64,000 nt of DNA from Takakia lepidozioides (Eukaryota > Plantae > Bryophyta), in contig CM060732.1 in assembly GCA_030704615.1 (NCBI GenBank), forward strand, positions 24,862,001 through 24,926,000. The letters are read 5' to 3'. Position numbers and translations under genes: made by a program. Below are positions 10,745-23,663 of the stretch, piece by piece; position 1 is the stretch's first letter; every line of letters starts with the position of its first letter. The notes below the pieces were generated by a model that saw only the letters and a list, made by a program, of their open reading frames with translations, did not search any database and had not been told where the DNA came from.

Positions 10745-13700
10745 ATGGTTTCCTCTGAAGCGGAGTTCTTCTCAGACGAGAAACCAGTGCCGTTCTCCAA
10801 GGAAGCCCTTGACAATGGATTTGCAATTGTTCAGGAACATGTCTTGGCTACCCGGTTTGAGCTTCAGAATGGCTCCATTTTCTTGGAGAAAGAGGTGTAC
10901 GATTTGGATGGGAAGTTGTTGAAATACTCTTTCCAAAACCGTGATGAGACGGCTCATGTCAGCCAGATACAGAGTACTTGGAGAGCCTCGGCGAAAGTCC
11001 CTTGGATCATATATGACGCTCGGGACTGCTTGTTCAGTCGTTGAAGACAAGAGGGAGGTGGTGGTGAAAAAAGAACAGACGTTCTCCATTCCTATCGTTG
11101 AGCTTTCGGATTCGTCCGATGATGATATAAACGAAATTCCAAATGCAGTCCTTCCTACTGTAGTTGTGGAAGCGGATGAAGAAGAGATTTGTAGTGTCAT
11201 CCCAAAACTACGGGCGATGGGAGGAATGGCAGGTTTTAAAAGTGAGTTGCGAGGAATTGATTGGGAATCTTTGAAGCAGGTACCTGTGAAGTTCCTGCCA
11301 GAGACTTTTGATGGGGATATCCTATTCGAGCTGCCTCCTTCTCCACGAGTTGGAGGTATAACAAGCATGATGCACAGAATGGACAAAAAACACGACGAGC
11401 ACCCATGGTGCAAAACAAAAACATCCAATATTCAAAATGATGACAAGCTTGTTTTCAGGAGAACAGTTTGCAATGGACACCTTAGGTGTGATAATTTGAA
11501 TTGCAGACATTTTTTTCAGTCTGGGGTTCATAATCAAAGCGAGTGGGAGGGTCTCGCGGAAAATCCATTTAAGCCTGGGACTGCTCCTCCATCGGCAAAC
11601 ACTTTCGTTTGCAAATTCTGCAAACTTGTACCATCTTGCCTGGCGCTGTGCGGAACAAGAATGTACTATGTTGTCCACCGTTTGAAATTAATGACAAGAG
11701 CTTGTGTGCATTTCTATTTCCATAACCATCCTATCTCGAAGGGGGATTACAGGGAGAGTGTTGAGACAGTATCGAGGTTGATTAAACAGGAGTACGAGAG
11801 AAACCCATCCACAACAACATCTGCAATTGCTCTTGGCGCAAGCAAGTCCTTCTTGGAAAGCCATATTTTGAGTGAAGGGGATTCTGTGGGGACTAAACTT
11901 GACGGTGTAGCGTTGGACGTTGTCATGGATCATTTCTCCACTTTGAGTTCACCTAACATTCGGCATCAGATCAATGCATTGAGAATGGGTTCTGGGATCT
12001 GAGGCTACATAGACAACATTTTGGAATTGAAACGACTGAGCAAGTACGACTTTATCCAGGACAATGTTTTTCCAGGTCAAGGTGCCATCAAAGTATTTCT
12101 TTTCAAAATGTCGACTGCTGGGGAGGGCAGTGGGGTTAGCCTCGTGAAGCGGATGCAGAAGACTGGGGACCTGCATAATTATTTTCTTATGTTTGATCAT
12201 GTGAAACGAGTGAAAGATTGGACGACAATGGCTTGTCATGTCTACGATCTAGTGTACCAACGAGTTATGACAATTCCAGTTTGTGTCATGCAATCCAAGG
12301 ATACGGAATCCCAGAAGCTCATGTGGAATTCCCTGATACGTGTTATGGGATGTCATATGATGCTATCTCTAAATTTCGCTGGTTTCATGGCAGATAGTGC
12401 TCAGACGAATTTCAATGCAGTTCGAATTGTCTTCGGATCAGGCGACCCAAAAGTGCCAATGCCGGGAAGAAAGCGTACATGTCTATTCCATTGGACACAA
12501 TCTCTGGAGAAACATACAAAGTCGGACATCAAACCAGAGATGCAGACACAGCACCGTAAATTGTGCAAAGAGTACAAAGATGCTAGAACAATGAAGGAGA
12601 CAGACACTTTGTTCCAGACAATTCGTGTCTGGTGGTTCTCTTCTGGAGCTGCATCGCTTGAGAGTATGAGAGCATTGGAAGATTGGCTGGCGTTTTGACA
12701 CTTCCGGTACAGACAGTGGGGAGCAGCCATGACAATGGTGCGAGGTTTCTATTGCGTGCTTTATTCATACATTTACTTTCCAAATTTTGCTCTCCTTGCT
12801 TTCTTTATGTTGTTCCCTGTGCACTATTCTGAAGTGTGGTTCTCTTCTTTGCAGAACATGTCCATTGAGGAAATGGCGGACTTGCCATCTTGCAATTTGG
12901 CAGAGACTGTGCACAACGCATGGTTACAACATTCTGGGAAATGAGGTCGGGATTTGTATGTGGCAACAACAGATGATCTGATACGTGCCTTGCAACTACA
13001 AACCAGATACCGTGATTTCTTGCGAGGTGGGGTTGGTGGCAAGGGTCCGGACAAACTGGAGTTGTTGTTGCGTGCTACAAACAGATCTAGGGATCCAAGC
13101 AAGATAGCACGGGCGGTGAGCATGTATGCCCAGGGAACGCCACTTATTTCTAGAATTCCACATCTTGAAGGGGAGGAGAGATTCGGCTCCTGTAAGAGGA
13201 AATTGAACACCCCACCTGGTTCGGATTCCGATTCGCACAGGGCAGACCGTGATAACTTCTCGAAGCCTCATGTTCCCCTGCATGACAGATCCATTTCCGG
13301 AACCTCCATTCTGGAGGAACCTCCGACACGACGGCAGGCTCCAGCATCAAACAGTGCCATTGAAATGGTGCAGGAGAGAAACTACCCCCTTGATGTGCTG
13401 GAGTCCGCATGCCCCGACCACGTTTGACACATAGAACGCACAAGTGCAAGGTCTCGTGTGAAATGTACAGCGATCAGGGCAACTAATTTCGAGAAGTACA
13501 CTTCATCTATATCCAGAGGCAGTGTCCGGACTCCTGCTCCGACTTTCACGGGTTTGATGCGTCCATACGGCCAACTAGAAGCCAAGAACCACAAGTTCTG
13601 GTTTTGCGCAGACGATTGTGGTAGATGTGTGCATGGAACTGTGCGTCCTTCCGTGGTGATGAAGCCAACTCCTCCAACCGTTTGGCCCGTCAAGGTGGGA

Positions 13701-14126
13701 ACACATCTCACAAGTCAAGAGATTGCAATGCTGGAGGAGGCAGGCTTTTCCCTTGCGAGACAACCCCAACTGCATACATGTGCTTCTACTTCTGCGTCTT
13801 CTCGGGTCCCTCCGGCAAATCCTCACTTGTGGCCAACCAAACGAGATGGAAAGTTAATTCGGCGTTTCCCTCCAACCGCTGAACACTTCGGCAAAGTGAA
13901 GTCCGCAAGAATGCTCCAAGCTCGTGTTGCAAGCACCACGGAAGTGCCCGATCCAGGATATGGTCGGGTGTACACAATGATCACTTCGACATCTGCTGTT
14001 CATGACAGGGCTTACGACATCACGGTTTCCAATTTCCCCAATTGCACATGTCCTGATTTTGTGAATATGCTATCAACCAGTTTGGGCAAGAGATGTAAAT
14101 TCATACCCTGCAAACATTTGTATTTC
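10745..14126 (+). pseudogene. MULE transposase (GCM/WRKY-like Zn finger, DDE core, SWIM finger), decayed
   Basis: CNGHLRCDNLNC..CKFC..ACVHFYFHNHP; MFDHVKRV..FMADSAQTNFNAVRIVFG..CLFHWTQSL (CxxH)..CNLAETVHNAW; CTCPDF..PCKHLYF (SWIM). Intron at about 12738-12854. In-frame TGA stops at 12000, 12696, 12942 and 13425, consistent with CGA/TGG transitions. Frameshift near 11000. Confidence 0.9.
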
Positions 14127-14167
14127 AGAGAGGAAAAGGAGAGTGCAATTGCACCCAACTCAACTTT

Positions 14168-14290
14168 ATTGAAATACTTGCTGAAAAGCTCGCTGAAATA
14201 CTGAAATACTTGCTAAAAAACTCGCTGAAATACTGAAATACTGAAAATCCTGATTGAAATATTGAAATACTGAAATAGATACTAAAATAG
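14168..14290 (+). repeat. GAAATACT/GCTGAAA minisatellite, half of an array split by the inversion
   Basis: gaaatacttgctgaaaagctcgctgaaatactgaaatac repeats; the reverse-complement array is at 16055-16205. Confidence 0.85.
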
Positions 14291-14829
14291 AGTCCCAGGG
14301 AACGTTCCTAAGATTTTAAGCTGCACATCCACTTGTTGGATCAGAACACAGAAAACCTTGTCTAAATAATATGCATTGGCTTCATGACATCAACCATTGG
14401 GGACTACATACATAAGCCCTACCTCGTGCTCCAATCACTCGCAACTTCATGTATTCAGAGAGAATACCCTAGACAATGTAAAGTAAGATACAAGAGAGAG
14501 AGAGAGAGAATGTACTCATAAGACGTAATGAAGGGAAGCTTCAGTAACCTGGCAAGTCCAGACTATTTTGATGATGACAAAAGATGGACACTTGAGAAAT
14601 AAATGGAAGAGAATCGAACCGTTGCAGCACTTACAATGCAGTAAGGGGAGCCACCATGGCTCTCAGCATTGCAAACGCATACAAACGTTATGAGGTCGGG
14701 CTTCACCCCTTCCCCCTATCATTTGCTCATGGGTCTCTAAAGCCTCCATTTCGCGCTCCTGCTCTGCATACCCTGGAAGCATCGCACTCCACGACACCAC
14801 AACTTGTTCAGCAAGTTGACATGTTAGAA

Positions 14830-15330
14830 TGACATCTGGTAATCTGACGGGCATTCACTTTTTTGCCTGGGTTGTCCCATCATTGACTGGGGTCAAAAAA
14901 GTATTCATTCCACAACTTCTCCTCAATTCTGTTGCCTGTTTTTGGATACTTTCCTGTTGTCACATTGGCAGTATATTGTCAAAGTCACTCCAAACTAGAT
15001 TCACTCAACCAGCTAACTTGAAGAATTCAACATGGAAATTTAGGCCGATTCTGATAACAGGGAAAAACAGGGTCAAATGTGTTAAAGAAGGTGTCTTCAT
15101 TACCAGTGCCTGATTTTATCAATTGTGTCGCTGCTGCTGTGGCTTCCAGTTGACCATCTACCCATGCAGGTTTCTTGTAGCGATTGATCCACAGGGATTC
15201 ATAGGTAATCTTGTGCTTGAAATCTGGCCCTCTTGGATGAATTGGGACCCACACTCTATCCCTTTATCTTCAGCTATCAATGCCTCTGCACAAATCATGC
15301 ATACATCATTGCCTTACTGCTAGCAGTTGA
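14830..15330 (-). pseudogene. OSB-like PDF-motif exon unit (original right flank of the MULE, now inverted)
   Basis: IHPRGPDFKHKITYESLWINRYKKPAWVDGQL in ORF 15027-15254; the region is a reverse-complement homologue of ~2900-3360. Confidence 0.7.
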
Positions 15331-15374
15331 CAATGACAGCCTAGATTTTTTCTAAGAAACACCCAAACCCTACT

Positions 15375-15410
15375 CAACGACGCAATGGCGTGAGCCTTGC
15401 GCGTGAGCGT
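15375..15410 (+). repeat. Right terminal repeat of MULE (appears in direct orientation because of the inversion)
   Basis: CAACGACGCAATGGCGTGAGCCTTGCGCGTGAGCG aligns with the left end and abuts the reverse-complemented TSD. Confidence 0.8.
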
Positions 15411-16054
15411 GATATCAGCAGGCTGATATGGCGACAAATGTTGATGTGGCACTGCGCCGTCATCTGCCACGTCAGCATGAACATGCGCTGCATATAACCG
15501 AGGATGGTCCTATGACCGTGGGATTAATGCAGGGAATCCTTGGCTGAATACAATCAAGACTATCATGAGGCCTACAATTGTAGCATCCAACATTGTACAA
15601 TTACAAATGTTTGTTTCATTTTTACACTTACAAGGACGAGAAAATATCCTCACAAAGTGTGCGCCATAGAGGCTGCAACGGGAAGACCTTGCTCCCTCCC
15701 CAAACAACAATGAGAGTTAGGATCATCTTCAAAAGATGATTGAAGTGCATAACGACAGGAAGACATGTAGACTTCGAAAGGTGCAATGATGCATGTGCTT
15801 TTAAAAATTTCCACTCAGAGCTCACTCAGTATAGTTGGAAGGATAATGGAGGGATAAGGGACACCATATCATTGCACCGCCGACGATGTTGCAAACGAAT
15901 TGATTTGAATTGAATTTCCATGACAATGTTGTAAATTGCACATTTCATAGCATGGTCGTCCACATACCACATTGCATAGTTGATGCTACCTATGTGTTGT
16001 ATCCCGCTGCAATAGACGAAGTTGTCACGTTTGGGATCGCAAACCATCCTCTTC

Positions 16055-16205
16055 TTTCAGCGAGTTTTTCAGCAAGTATTTCAGTATTTCAGCGAGTTTT
16101 TCAGCAAGTATTTCAGTTTTTCAGCAAGTATATTGATATTTCAGCCAGTTCTTCAACAAGTATTTTAATATTTCAATGAGTATTTCAACAAGCATTTCAA
16201 TATTT
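16055..16205 (-). repeat. TTTCAGC/AGTATTTC minisatellite, other half of the split array
   Basis: Reverse complement of the 14168-14290 repeat units. Confidence 0.85.
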
Positions 16206-18505
16206 TAATAACTAGTAAATTGGAAGATCAGTTTTGTAATATCATACATCAATATTTAATTCACACATCAATAAAGTTGTGCCAGGACCTCTGTCCCCAA
16301 ATAAATAAATAAATAAATAAATATTTTTCCTCTTATGTAGAACATGTTTGACATATAATTCGAATATAAAGTAAACGGCCAACGCCCTTACAAAAAACAT
16401 AAAAATAAAATAAAATCGAATATGTCATATGCAATATGATATATTTCAATATAATATTTTTGGGGAAATTTTCAACTTAAAGAGTTGTAGGGTGGAGCCA
16501 TTACGCGACTAGCCGCTTGTTTCATAAAGAAATGATGTGTTTTTCACACTAAACTAACAAGAACATTTTCTGATGAAGTGCGACATGTAAGATGAATGTA
16601 ATCATTTAGTACCCTTATATATATATATATATGTACATATATAAATAGATAAATATAAGACGCCAACATAAGCTAGCCTAAATAAGAGCCTCTTCCCTTG
16701 CGGGTATTGCCCCTTTTGGGTGGGCTCTTTACCAGACCAGCCCCGTATCAGCTAGCGCCACTACCTAGCATATACCTTATTGGCCCGAAATTGTGTTTAC
16801 AATTAATCCTCTGGTCGATACCCTACCAGCCTGATCGGTGGTTGAAAATTTGGTACCTGATACCAGTAGTAGATCCATTTTGAGAGGAAAACCTAGGTAT
16901 GAGCATGGACGGCGCACGCGACATGATATGAATGTGGCTCTTTCAATAAGAGAAGTGGAAATCAGGTGTTGGTGTTTTGGTGGGGTTGTCGTGATTGATC
17001 CTCAACATGCTTGTTACTATCGCTCGATGATTTTTATCAAGTGCGCAAGTAATATCAAAATATAGCGAGTTTTTAACCAATATTAATAATTCCTTGGTAT
17101 CAGATACCAATAAAACACCACAGCAATAATGTATTGTTGATACCACCATGGTATTCAAATATCAGATTTTTCCCAATAATTGCGGTCGCGGTCGAACTTT
17201 ATACCAGTAGCAGTATGGTATGTTCAAAATACAATACCAGTCCAACATTGGTGTGGAGTGGACTAGCGACCTTTTTGACCAAACATACTTCTACAAATCA
17301 GTGTGAATTCTGATCTGAGAATCTACTGCTAAGCGAACATGCATCCACAGTCCCACCGTGACTTGGGAAACATTTTTCCTTATTACATTGGCTCCTATAG
17401 GGCCCACCCCTCAAAGGGGGCCATAGGGAAGGTGAAGCGGTTCTTTCGTGACGCCGTACCGGGGAGGGTTCTTCTCCTGTAAGATTTGAACCGAGCCGGC
17501 CAAAGCCGGAGTCTTCTGTCTCTCGGCACTTGCTATGTACGTCGGCCCTTTACCCACCGACCCTTCAGTAGATCCGGAAATTGTTCTTCCACTTGCATCC
17601 CGCTAGGGTTACAAACCACCCATGCAATAATATTCCCCCACAAAATAAATTAACTTACAACTTTGGTAAAATTGGAGGGACCAGCGTCCTCGTACTCTTG
17701 CATTTTCGGCTCGAGGGCGGCGTTGCTTACCGTGCGGTACAACTCTCTTCCCAGTGCACAATGCCTTTTGCTTGCTGCTTATGTCGAATTTGGAGCAAAA
17801 CAAAACCATTCGGGACGCCGGTCCCTTCTTCCCCCAAAAAACCGTACTGAACCGAATCATTTGCCCGCCGTGCTCATCCCTCCCATGCCGTGTGATGCGC
17901 GACTAGACTTTTCTTCATACATGTTCATGCAGACAAGGCAGCGCGGAGCCATGCATTGCGCTTTGGAGCTGCAATTATGGTCGGTTCCGAGGCACCTTAC
18001 CCTCTCACCAACCATACTGGCAGCTGTGGGCCCACACCTGGGCTCCCGTTGTCTTAGAGGGGACGGGACCTACAGAAACGTGGATGCGAGGTACATTCAT
18101 CCAAAGCTCATTCCTACGTCGGGTCGCATTGCGGTGGTCGTTCGCCCAGCCCGTGGCGCCCACGCGGCGGCCGTACGTTGCCCGGGCGGAAACCGAGCCG
18201 GAGGCATGGGGAAACCCGAGGCAGCATGGGAGGGGCAGGTTCGGAGCCGAGGCGGGAAGGTGTTGCGCTGGCCAGCATCGGCGGCTAGGACCGCTGCGCT
18301 TGCACCACGCGGGCAGTGAGGTGCGGAGAGAGAGGACAGCGCTGAGTGAAGGCGTGAGCTCGTCCTTGTGTGCAGGCAGGAAGGAGGTTGTGAGAGAGGG
18401 AGAGAGAAGAGAGGAGGGGTGCGATGCGAGAGTAGGCCTGCGGAATGCGCGAGTCAACCGGGGATTTTCGAGAAGCTGGCATCGTGTAGTGGCGGGAGTA
18501 GAGCC

Positions 18506-21500
18506 ATGGATATCCCGGGCATGCATGACATGGACCGATATGAGCTTGTGAGGGACATTGGGGCTGGGAATTTTGGAGTGGCCAGGTTGATGCGGGACCA
18601 GAAGACTCGCGAGCTTGTGGCCGTCAAGTATATCGAGCGTGGTGAGAAGGTATTGTGCGTCGCACTTCATCTGGGGATGTAATTGTGAGGTGGCCACCTT
18701 CTTCCAAGAGTGGAGAGTTGGTGTGGGTGTGGGTTGGTTCTTGGAATATGGAGCGCTTCTGTAGTGATGTGCTCAACCGGTTCAGATGGGGTTTGCTTTA
18801 GCGGTCTTTTGGTGTGAAGCGCGAGGCAGTGTTAGGTTTGGAAAGTTTGGTGTCTCTTCGGATGGCTGTTCAGCGTGGGGGAATTGTGTAGCAGGTAGAG
18901 GAGCAATGCAGTCGTAAGCCTGCTAATGATGTCCTGTCAAAGCTGTCGTCTCCATCTGTCCTCACTCGATTAGCTTGCCACACACACCCCATTGGAGGGG
19001 ACTGTGGCGTTGGGGCGATGTCCTTGATTGAAATTTTCACGAGACCTATGTTGGTGGTGGTATGGCCGCGTCAAACTGCGCATGTATTGGGGAGGATGAA
19101 AGTATCTAGTGCGTGAGTGAACGGGTCCTCAATCGATCTCCTATTGGGAAGTTTAAAGCAATTGGAACTGCACCTGACTACCATCATGCCATAGTAAACA
19201 GGCACTACAACGGTAGAGAGACCCGAGCCCTCAGACTAGATGATTGAAATGAAATAAAATGGGTTCCTGTCCTCAGCACACAGCACAGAAGGCCTGGTTT
19301 ATGCTGGTCTCACCTCGCAATGCCAGTTCAACTGTCAGGCGGTAGGAAGCAGTCGGTTTGGAACAGTGCCAGGATGGTTGATGTTGGTAGAGTTTGATGG
19401 ACATGATTTGTGACTGACAGATCGACGAGAATGTCCAGAGGGAGATTATCAACCATCGTTCACTTCGCCATCCTAATATTGTGCGATTTAAAGAGGCAAG
19501 TTTGTTTTATTTTTATTTTTTAAATATATATGTTTCCCTCTATATGTTTGCAATTGCTGTCTACTGTGCCACAAGGGATCTTTACTTTTGTAGGCCTCCA
19601 GAACTCGAGGACTGGAGGTTGTAAATCCCTGTGGCGGGTGTACACCTGTCTTTGCTGTCTATCTCAAACTGTTGTGCATCTAGGGAGACTTGTTGAACTG
19701 ATAGCAGAAATTCGTGCAGGTCATGCTGACCCCATCTCACCTGGCAATTGTAATGGAATATGCGGCGGGAGGGGAACTTTTTGAGCGAATCTGCAATGCA
19801 GGGCGCTTCAGTGAAGATGAGGTTAGCACTTGGTGTGTCAACTTTTTCTGGTTGCTGATATTGATGCCTTGGGTGTCAAATTAACGTCATCATAGTTTCA
19901 GTTTCCCAGCTGCTTTGAGTAGAAATTTGTTGTTGCTAAATGATGTCTGCGGTTATTGACGTGGTATCCTCGTTGGGTTTTGAACAGGCCAGATTTTTTT
20001 TCCAACAACTTATCTCTGGGGTCAGCTATTGCCATTCAATGGTATTTCTCTCTTGCACTCTCATGTTTGATAACTTGCAGTGCAATGAAGCGTAGCAGCT
20101 TGTCTTCGTACTGCAGTTGCTTGTAGATTATTCTACCTCTAATGGAAGGTGATTGTGTTCTGTGTTGTGTCACAGCAAATCTGTCATCGTGACCTCAAGC
20201 TAGAAAATACTCTACTTGACGGGAGTCCTGCTCCTCGCCTCAAAATTTGTGACTTCGGCTACTCAAAGGTGACTCTGTTGTTCAGGCTTGGCGGCAGTTG
20301 TTTGATGACATGTACGACTGTGGTTTGTTGAGGTGCAATATCATGGATAAGGATATGAGATTGACGAGGTGTTTGTTACATGTCGTTGCAGTCATCCCTG
20401 CTACATTCTCAACCCAAATCGACAGTTGGCACTCCGGCGTACATTGCTCCAGAGGTGTTGTCAAAGAAAGAGTATGACGGCAAGGTGAGCTTTGTCTTGA
20501 GTACCATCTGGGCTCCAATATGCAAGCCTGTATTCACGAATCTATGTTTACCCAGGCTCGATGACAGCTGTCAGAAGTGACCGTGTGTTGGATAGTGCCT
20601 CTCCTTGAGTGCCTCTGTTGGTTCTGAAGAGGCAAAAGTAAGTCAAAGGCATGAGTTGAGCTAGAATGCAGGGACACAGCATGTCTATTTGTTCGAGCGC
20701 TTAGGTCCACGCATTGAAGTGATTCTGGATGGTCGAAGTGGGCTGCAGATTGCTGACGTATGGTCCTGTGGAGTTACTCTTTACGTCATGCTGGTGGGAG
20801 CTTATCCATTCGAAGACCCAGATGACCCAAGGAATTTTCGGAAGACTATAGGGGTGAGGGTCTTTTGCATTCTGGCTGACATCTTTTCATATCGTTGATG
20901 GAGCAGAAGGACATTTTGTTGGGTCCTACAGAGTGCTGTGTGTGTTCATATTGGCAACTGTGGTGGCGATGTGTGCAGAGGATATTAAGTGTGCAATACT
21001 CCATCCCTGACTATGTACACATTTCTGCCGAGTGTCGTCACCTGCTCTCCCGCATATTCGTTGCCAATCCTGCCAAGGTAGACACTTGTCTCAGACGCTA
21101 AGCCTTGTGAGTTTCTTGGCAAATCTCTGGAACACTCGTAAAAGTAGGACTTATTCTGATCCTACAGGGATATAAGAGGGGCCTCAATGCTAGGGGGTGC
21201 ATTGGCAGATGGAAGGATGCTAACAACACTTGGGTGTGTGGGTGTGGGTAGCGCATTACTATTCCTGAAATACGGAATCACGAGTGGTTTCTACGGAATC
21301 TGCCAGCAGACTTGGTCGATGTGGCAGACCGAAGTTACGACTTTGAGGATCCCAACCATCCACCACAGAAAATAGAAGAAATCATGCGCATAATTGCGGA
21401 AGCAAGGGTGGCAGGGGCAGGCTCAGGGCTTGGGCAATATCTCGGCGATGCTGCGCTAGATGGCGATGACATGGACTTGGAAGGTGATGGGGACCCTGAT

Positions 21501-21536
21501 GTGGACAGTAGTGGGGAGTTTGTTTGTGCCATGTAA
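18506..21536 (+). CDS. SnRK2: SNF1-related protein kinase 2, subclass III-like (ABA signalling), 9 exons, 349 aa
   Basis: Exons 18506-18649, 19421-19495, 19720-19821, 19988-20041, 20176-20268, 20392-20484, 20749-20853, 20979-21077, 21252-21536 (internal sizes 75/102/54/93/93/105/99, the typical SnRK2 pattern). Motifs [39 protein letters not shown]; acidic tail ending [10 protein letters not shown]. Confidence 0.97.
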
Positions 21537-22559
21537 TCACATTGGGTGACTCTGCGAGCTGTCAAACAACATGGGGCAGGTTGCTCGTGGAAGGCAGGAT
21601 GCCTCATATGTGTGATGTCATTTCACACATAAGAGGAAGATGCAGCTGCGTGTGATGCTTGGATTCAAAGTGTAGTAAGAAGGACGAGTGCTAGCTGCTC
21701 TGCCTCTCTGCTCTGTTCTGTAATTTCAAGAATTTGTAATCAGTGCCAAGCTCAGGCCTTGTCTTGTCATTAGATTCTCGTGTTGATGCTGCTACCAGTC
21801 AGGAAACTGAATGTGTGTGGTTGAATCAAGCCTAACTCGGGTTCCTGAAGGAGAGCGAGCTTTGTGCTTGATCGAATCTTCAATTTAAGGATGGATACTG
21901 CAACTTCTGGGGTTATGCGTTTTAAAAAATTTGGTTTAATGATGTAATGTAGTGATTGTGCTAAGTGATATATCAGATACACTTATTCATATGGGCCTCT
22001 GGGGGTTCCCCGGTTGCCCTCCTTACTAGAGGTTGTCTGAAGTAAAAATTGGTCTTGAGTAGTACGTTTGAGAAAACTTTATGCATTGGCTCTGCATGGT
22101 CTAAATGCCACTGGGAACTTTCTTCTTCTGGTTTCCATGGGCATGGATGGTTTGCAGCACTCCAGAAAGGAGGTGTAGAAACTTGGGAATGTGTCTTGCA
22201 TTGTTGTGGAGTTAGTTCGGATCTAATTCACTACATAGTTTGCTGGTCGTATCTGCCAATTCCCTTCACTGTTAATTTGAGGGGACATGTTTCCCTCTCG
22301 CTTGTACATGAGAAATATTGTCAACCCATACAGGGCCAGTGTTGGCTCGCGGCCTTGTTTGTTTACATTATCATCTCTCAAGTCATCTCTTCCCTTTTGA
22401 GCTCTTAATCACAAATCTGCAACATCTTGGGAGTTTGCATTCTGATTAGAAACACAATTCTCTCTTGCATTTCTTTCAGAATTTGTGCTCTGTAGTGATG
22501 ACGACCAAAACTGATCCTTGCCTTTGAGGTGGTGCAATTCCTTCATGATGTTGCTTGTC

Positions 22560-23240
22560 TCACCAGCAATCCCCACAAGAACAAACCCCATCTTTGAAGT
22601 GGTGAAAGCGGTTGGCATCCCTGACTCCCAACAATCTTGGAAATGAACTTGGTGGCAGAGTGGCAGTCATCACACACACGAAGGTTCTTTAAAAATCACG
22701 CGGATAGGCGTACCAGGGGGGGTGTTGACGAGCCCAAAGGCAATGGCCAGCTTCTCACTGTGGTGGCAGAAAGAACTCTCCTCCTCAAATTCATGCATTA
22801 CGGAGTGTGTGTCAGTCATATACCCGATTTCCTACATCTGCCCAGTCAACCTGTCCAGCTCAGCATGGATTTCTTTAATTTCTGGATGTAATTCATCATG
22901 GACCTGGTTTTTGATCTCAATGGAGCTGGACCCTGGCCGCTTTCTGACACCTCTGTCCTCCATCATTTTTCTCACCTTTGCCTTATCGTCCCACCTGCCT
23001 GCTGCAGCATAGATGTTTGATAGCAGCACATAAGCGCATCGTGCTGTGGATCCCTCTCAAGGATGCTTTTTGCCACACGTTCTGCTAGCTCCAGTTACCC
23101 ATGGATTCTGCAGGCACAAAGCAAGGCCCGCCAAACTAAAGCATCTGGCTCAACTGGCATATCGTTGATGAAATTCTGTGCTTCATCCAATCGCCCCGCG
23201 CGTCCAAGAAGGTCCGCCATGCAGCCAAAATGCTCCACTG
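22560..23240 (-). pseudogene. PPR-E-DYW RNA-editing factor C-terminal remnant
   Basis: CMADLLGRAGRLDEA..MPVEPDALVWRALL; VLLSNIYAAAGRWD..KRPGSSSIEIKNQVH; HHSEKLAIAFGL; [17 protein letters not shown]; ends CSCGDCW*. Stops, frameshifts and deletions present. Confidence 0.9.
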
Positions 23241-23663
23241 TACTATTAAACATTTTATGAATCCGCTGGTTTCAGCATCAGAACTCATGGCTCTTCCTTT
23301 TCTACACCAACATTGTGGCGAAGGAAGAAAAGAAGGGGAAATGGCATCAAGCTGCCTCGATTGAAGTTGTTGGATGGATGGATCAACCAAGCATACACTA
23401 GTATGTAACTGTCATGTTGATTCCTACGTATTGTGTGAACTTTCGTAGTTTTGAACGAGGGAAGGAGAAGAGGGAGGGAAGCCCATGAGGTCCGAGTACT
23501 TAGGTCACGAGTCGGGGGGCACGACACAGTGAGGTTCTGAGTGGGTACCAGAAAGAGAGTTAAAAAACAAGAAAATGGCAGCGAGAGTTGATGTACATTT
23601 TGATCTACATTCTTCGATGCTGCCCTCTAGCATGTAGCAGAATCCGAGACGGGCATTTGCAGC

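Larger units (their letters stand above)
3399..16055. mobile_element. Mutator-like (MULE) DNA transposon, ~11.4 kb, two divergent genes; its right end (15375-~16055) lies in an inverted segment
   Basis: 9-bp TSD AGTAGGGTT at 3390-3398 and its reverse complement AACCCTACT at 15366-15374. Termini CAGGGATGCCTCGGCGTGAGCC (3399) and CAACGACGCAATGGCGTGAGCC (15375). A paralogous empty site ATAAGTAGGGTTGGGGTGTTT is at ~2877. A MULE transposase lies inside. 14127-15374 is host flank flipped into the span. Confidence 0.85.

Noticed and set aside
14168-16205. TIRs of a separate foldback element
   Set aside because: Better explained as one minisatellite array split by the inversion; no TSD was found.
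17663-18697. Long overlapping ORFs (218, 230 and 155 aa) upstream of SnRK2
   Set aside because: GC-rich promoter/5' UTR sequence with no recognisable domains.
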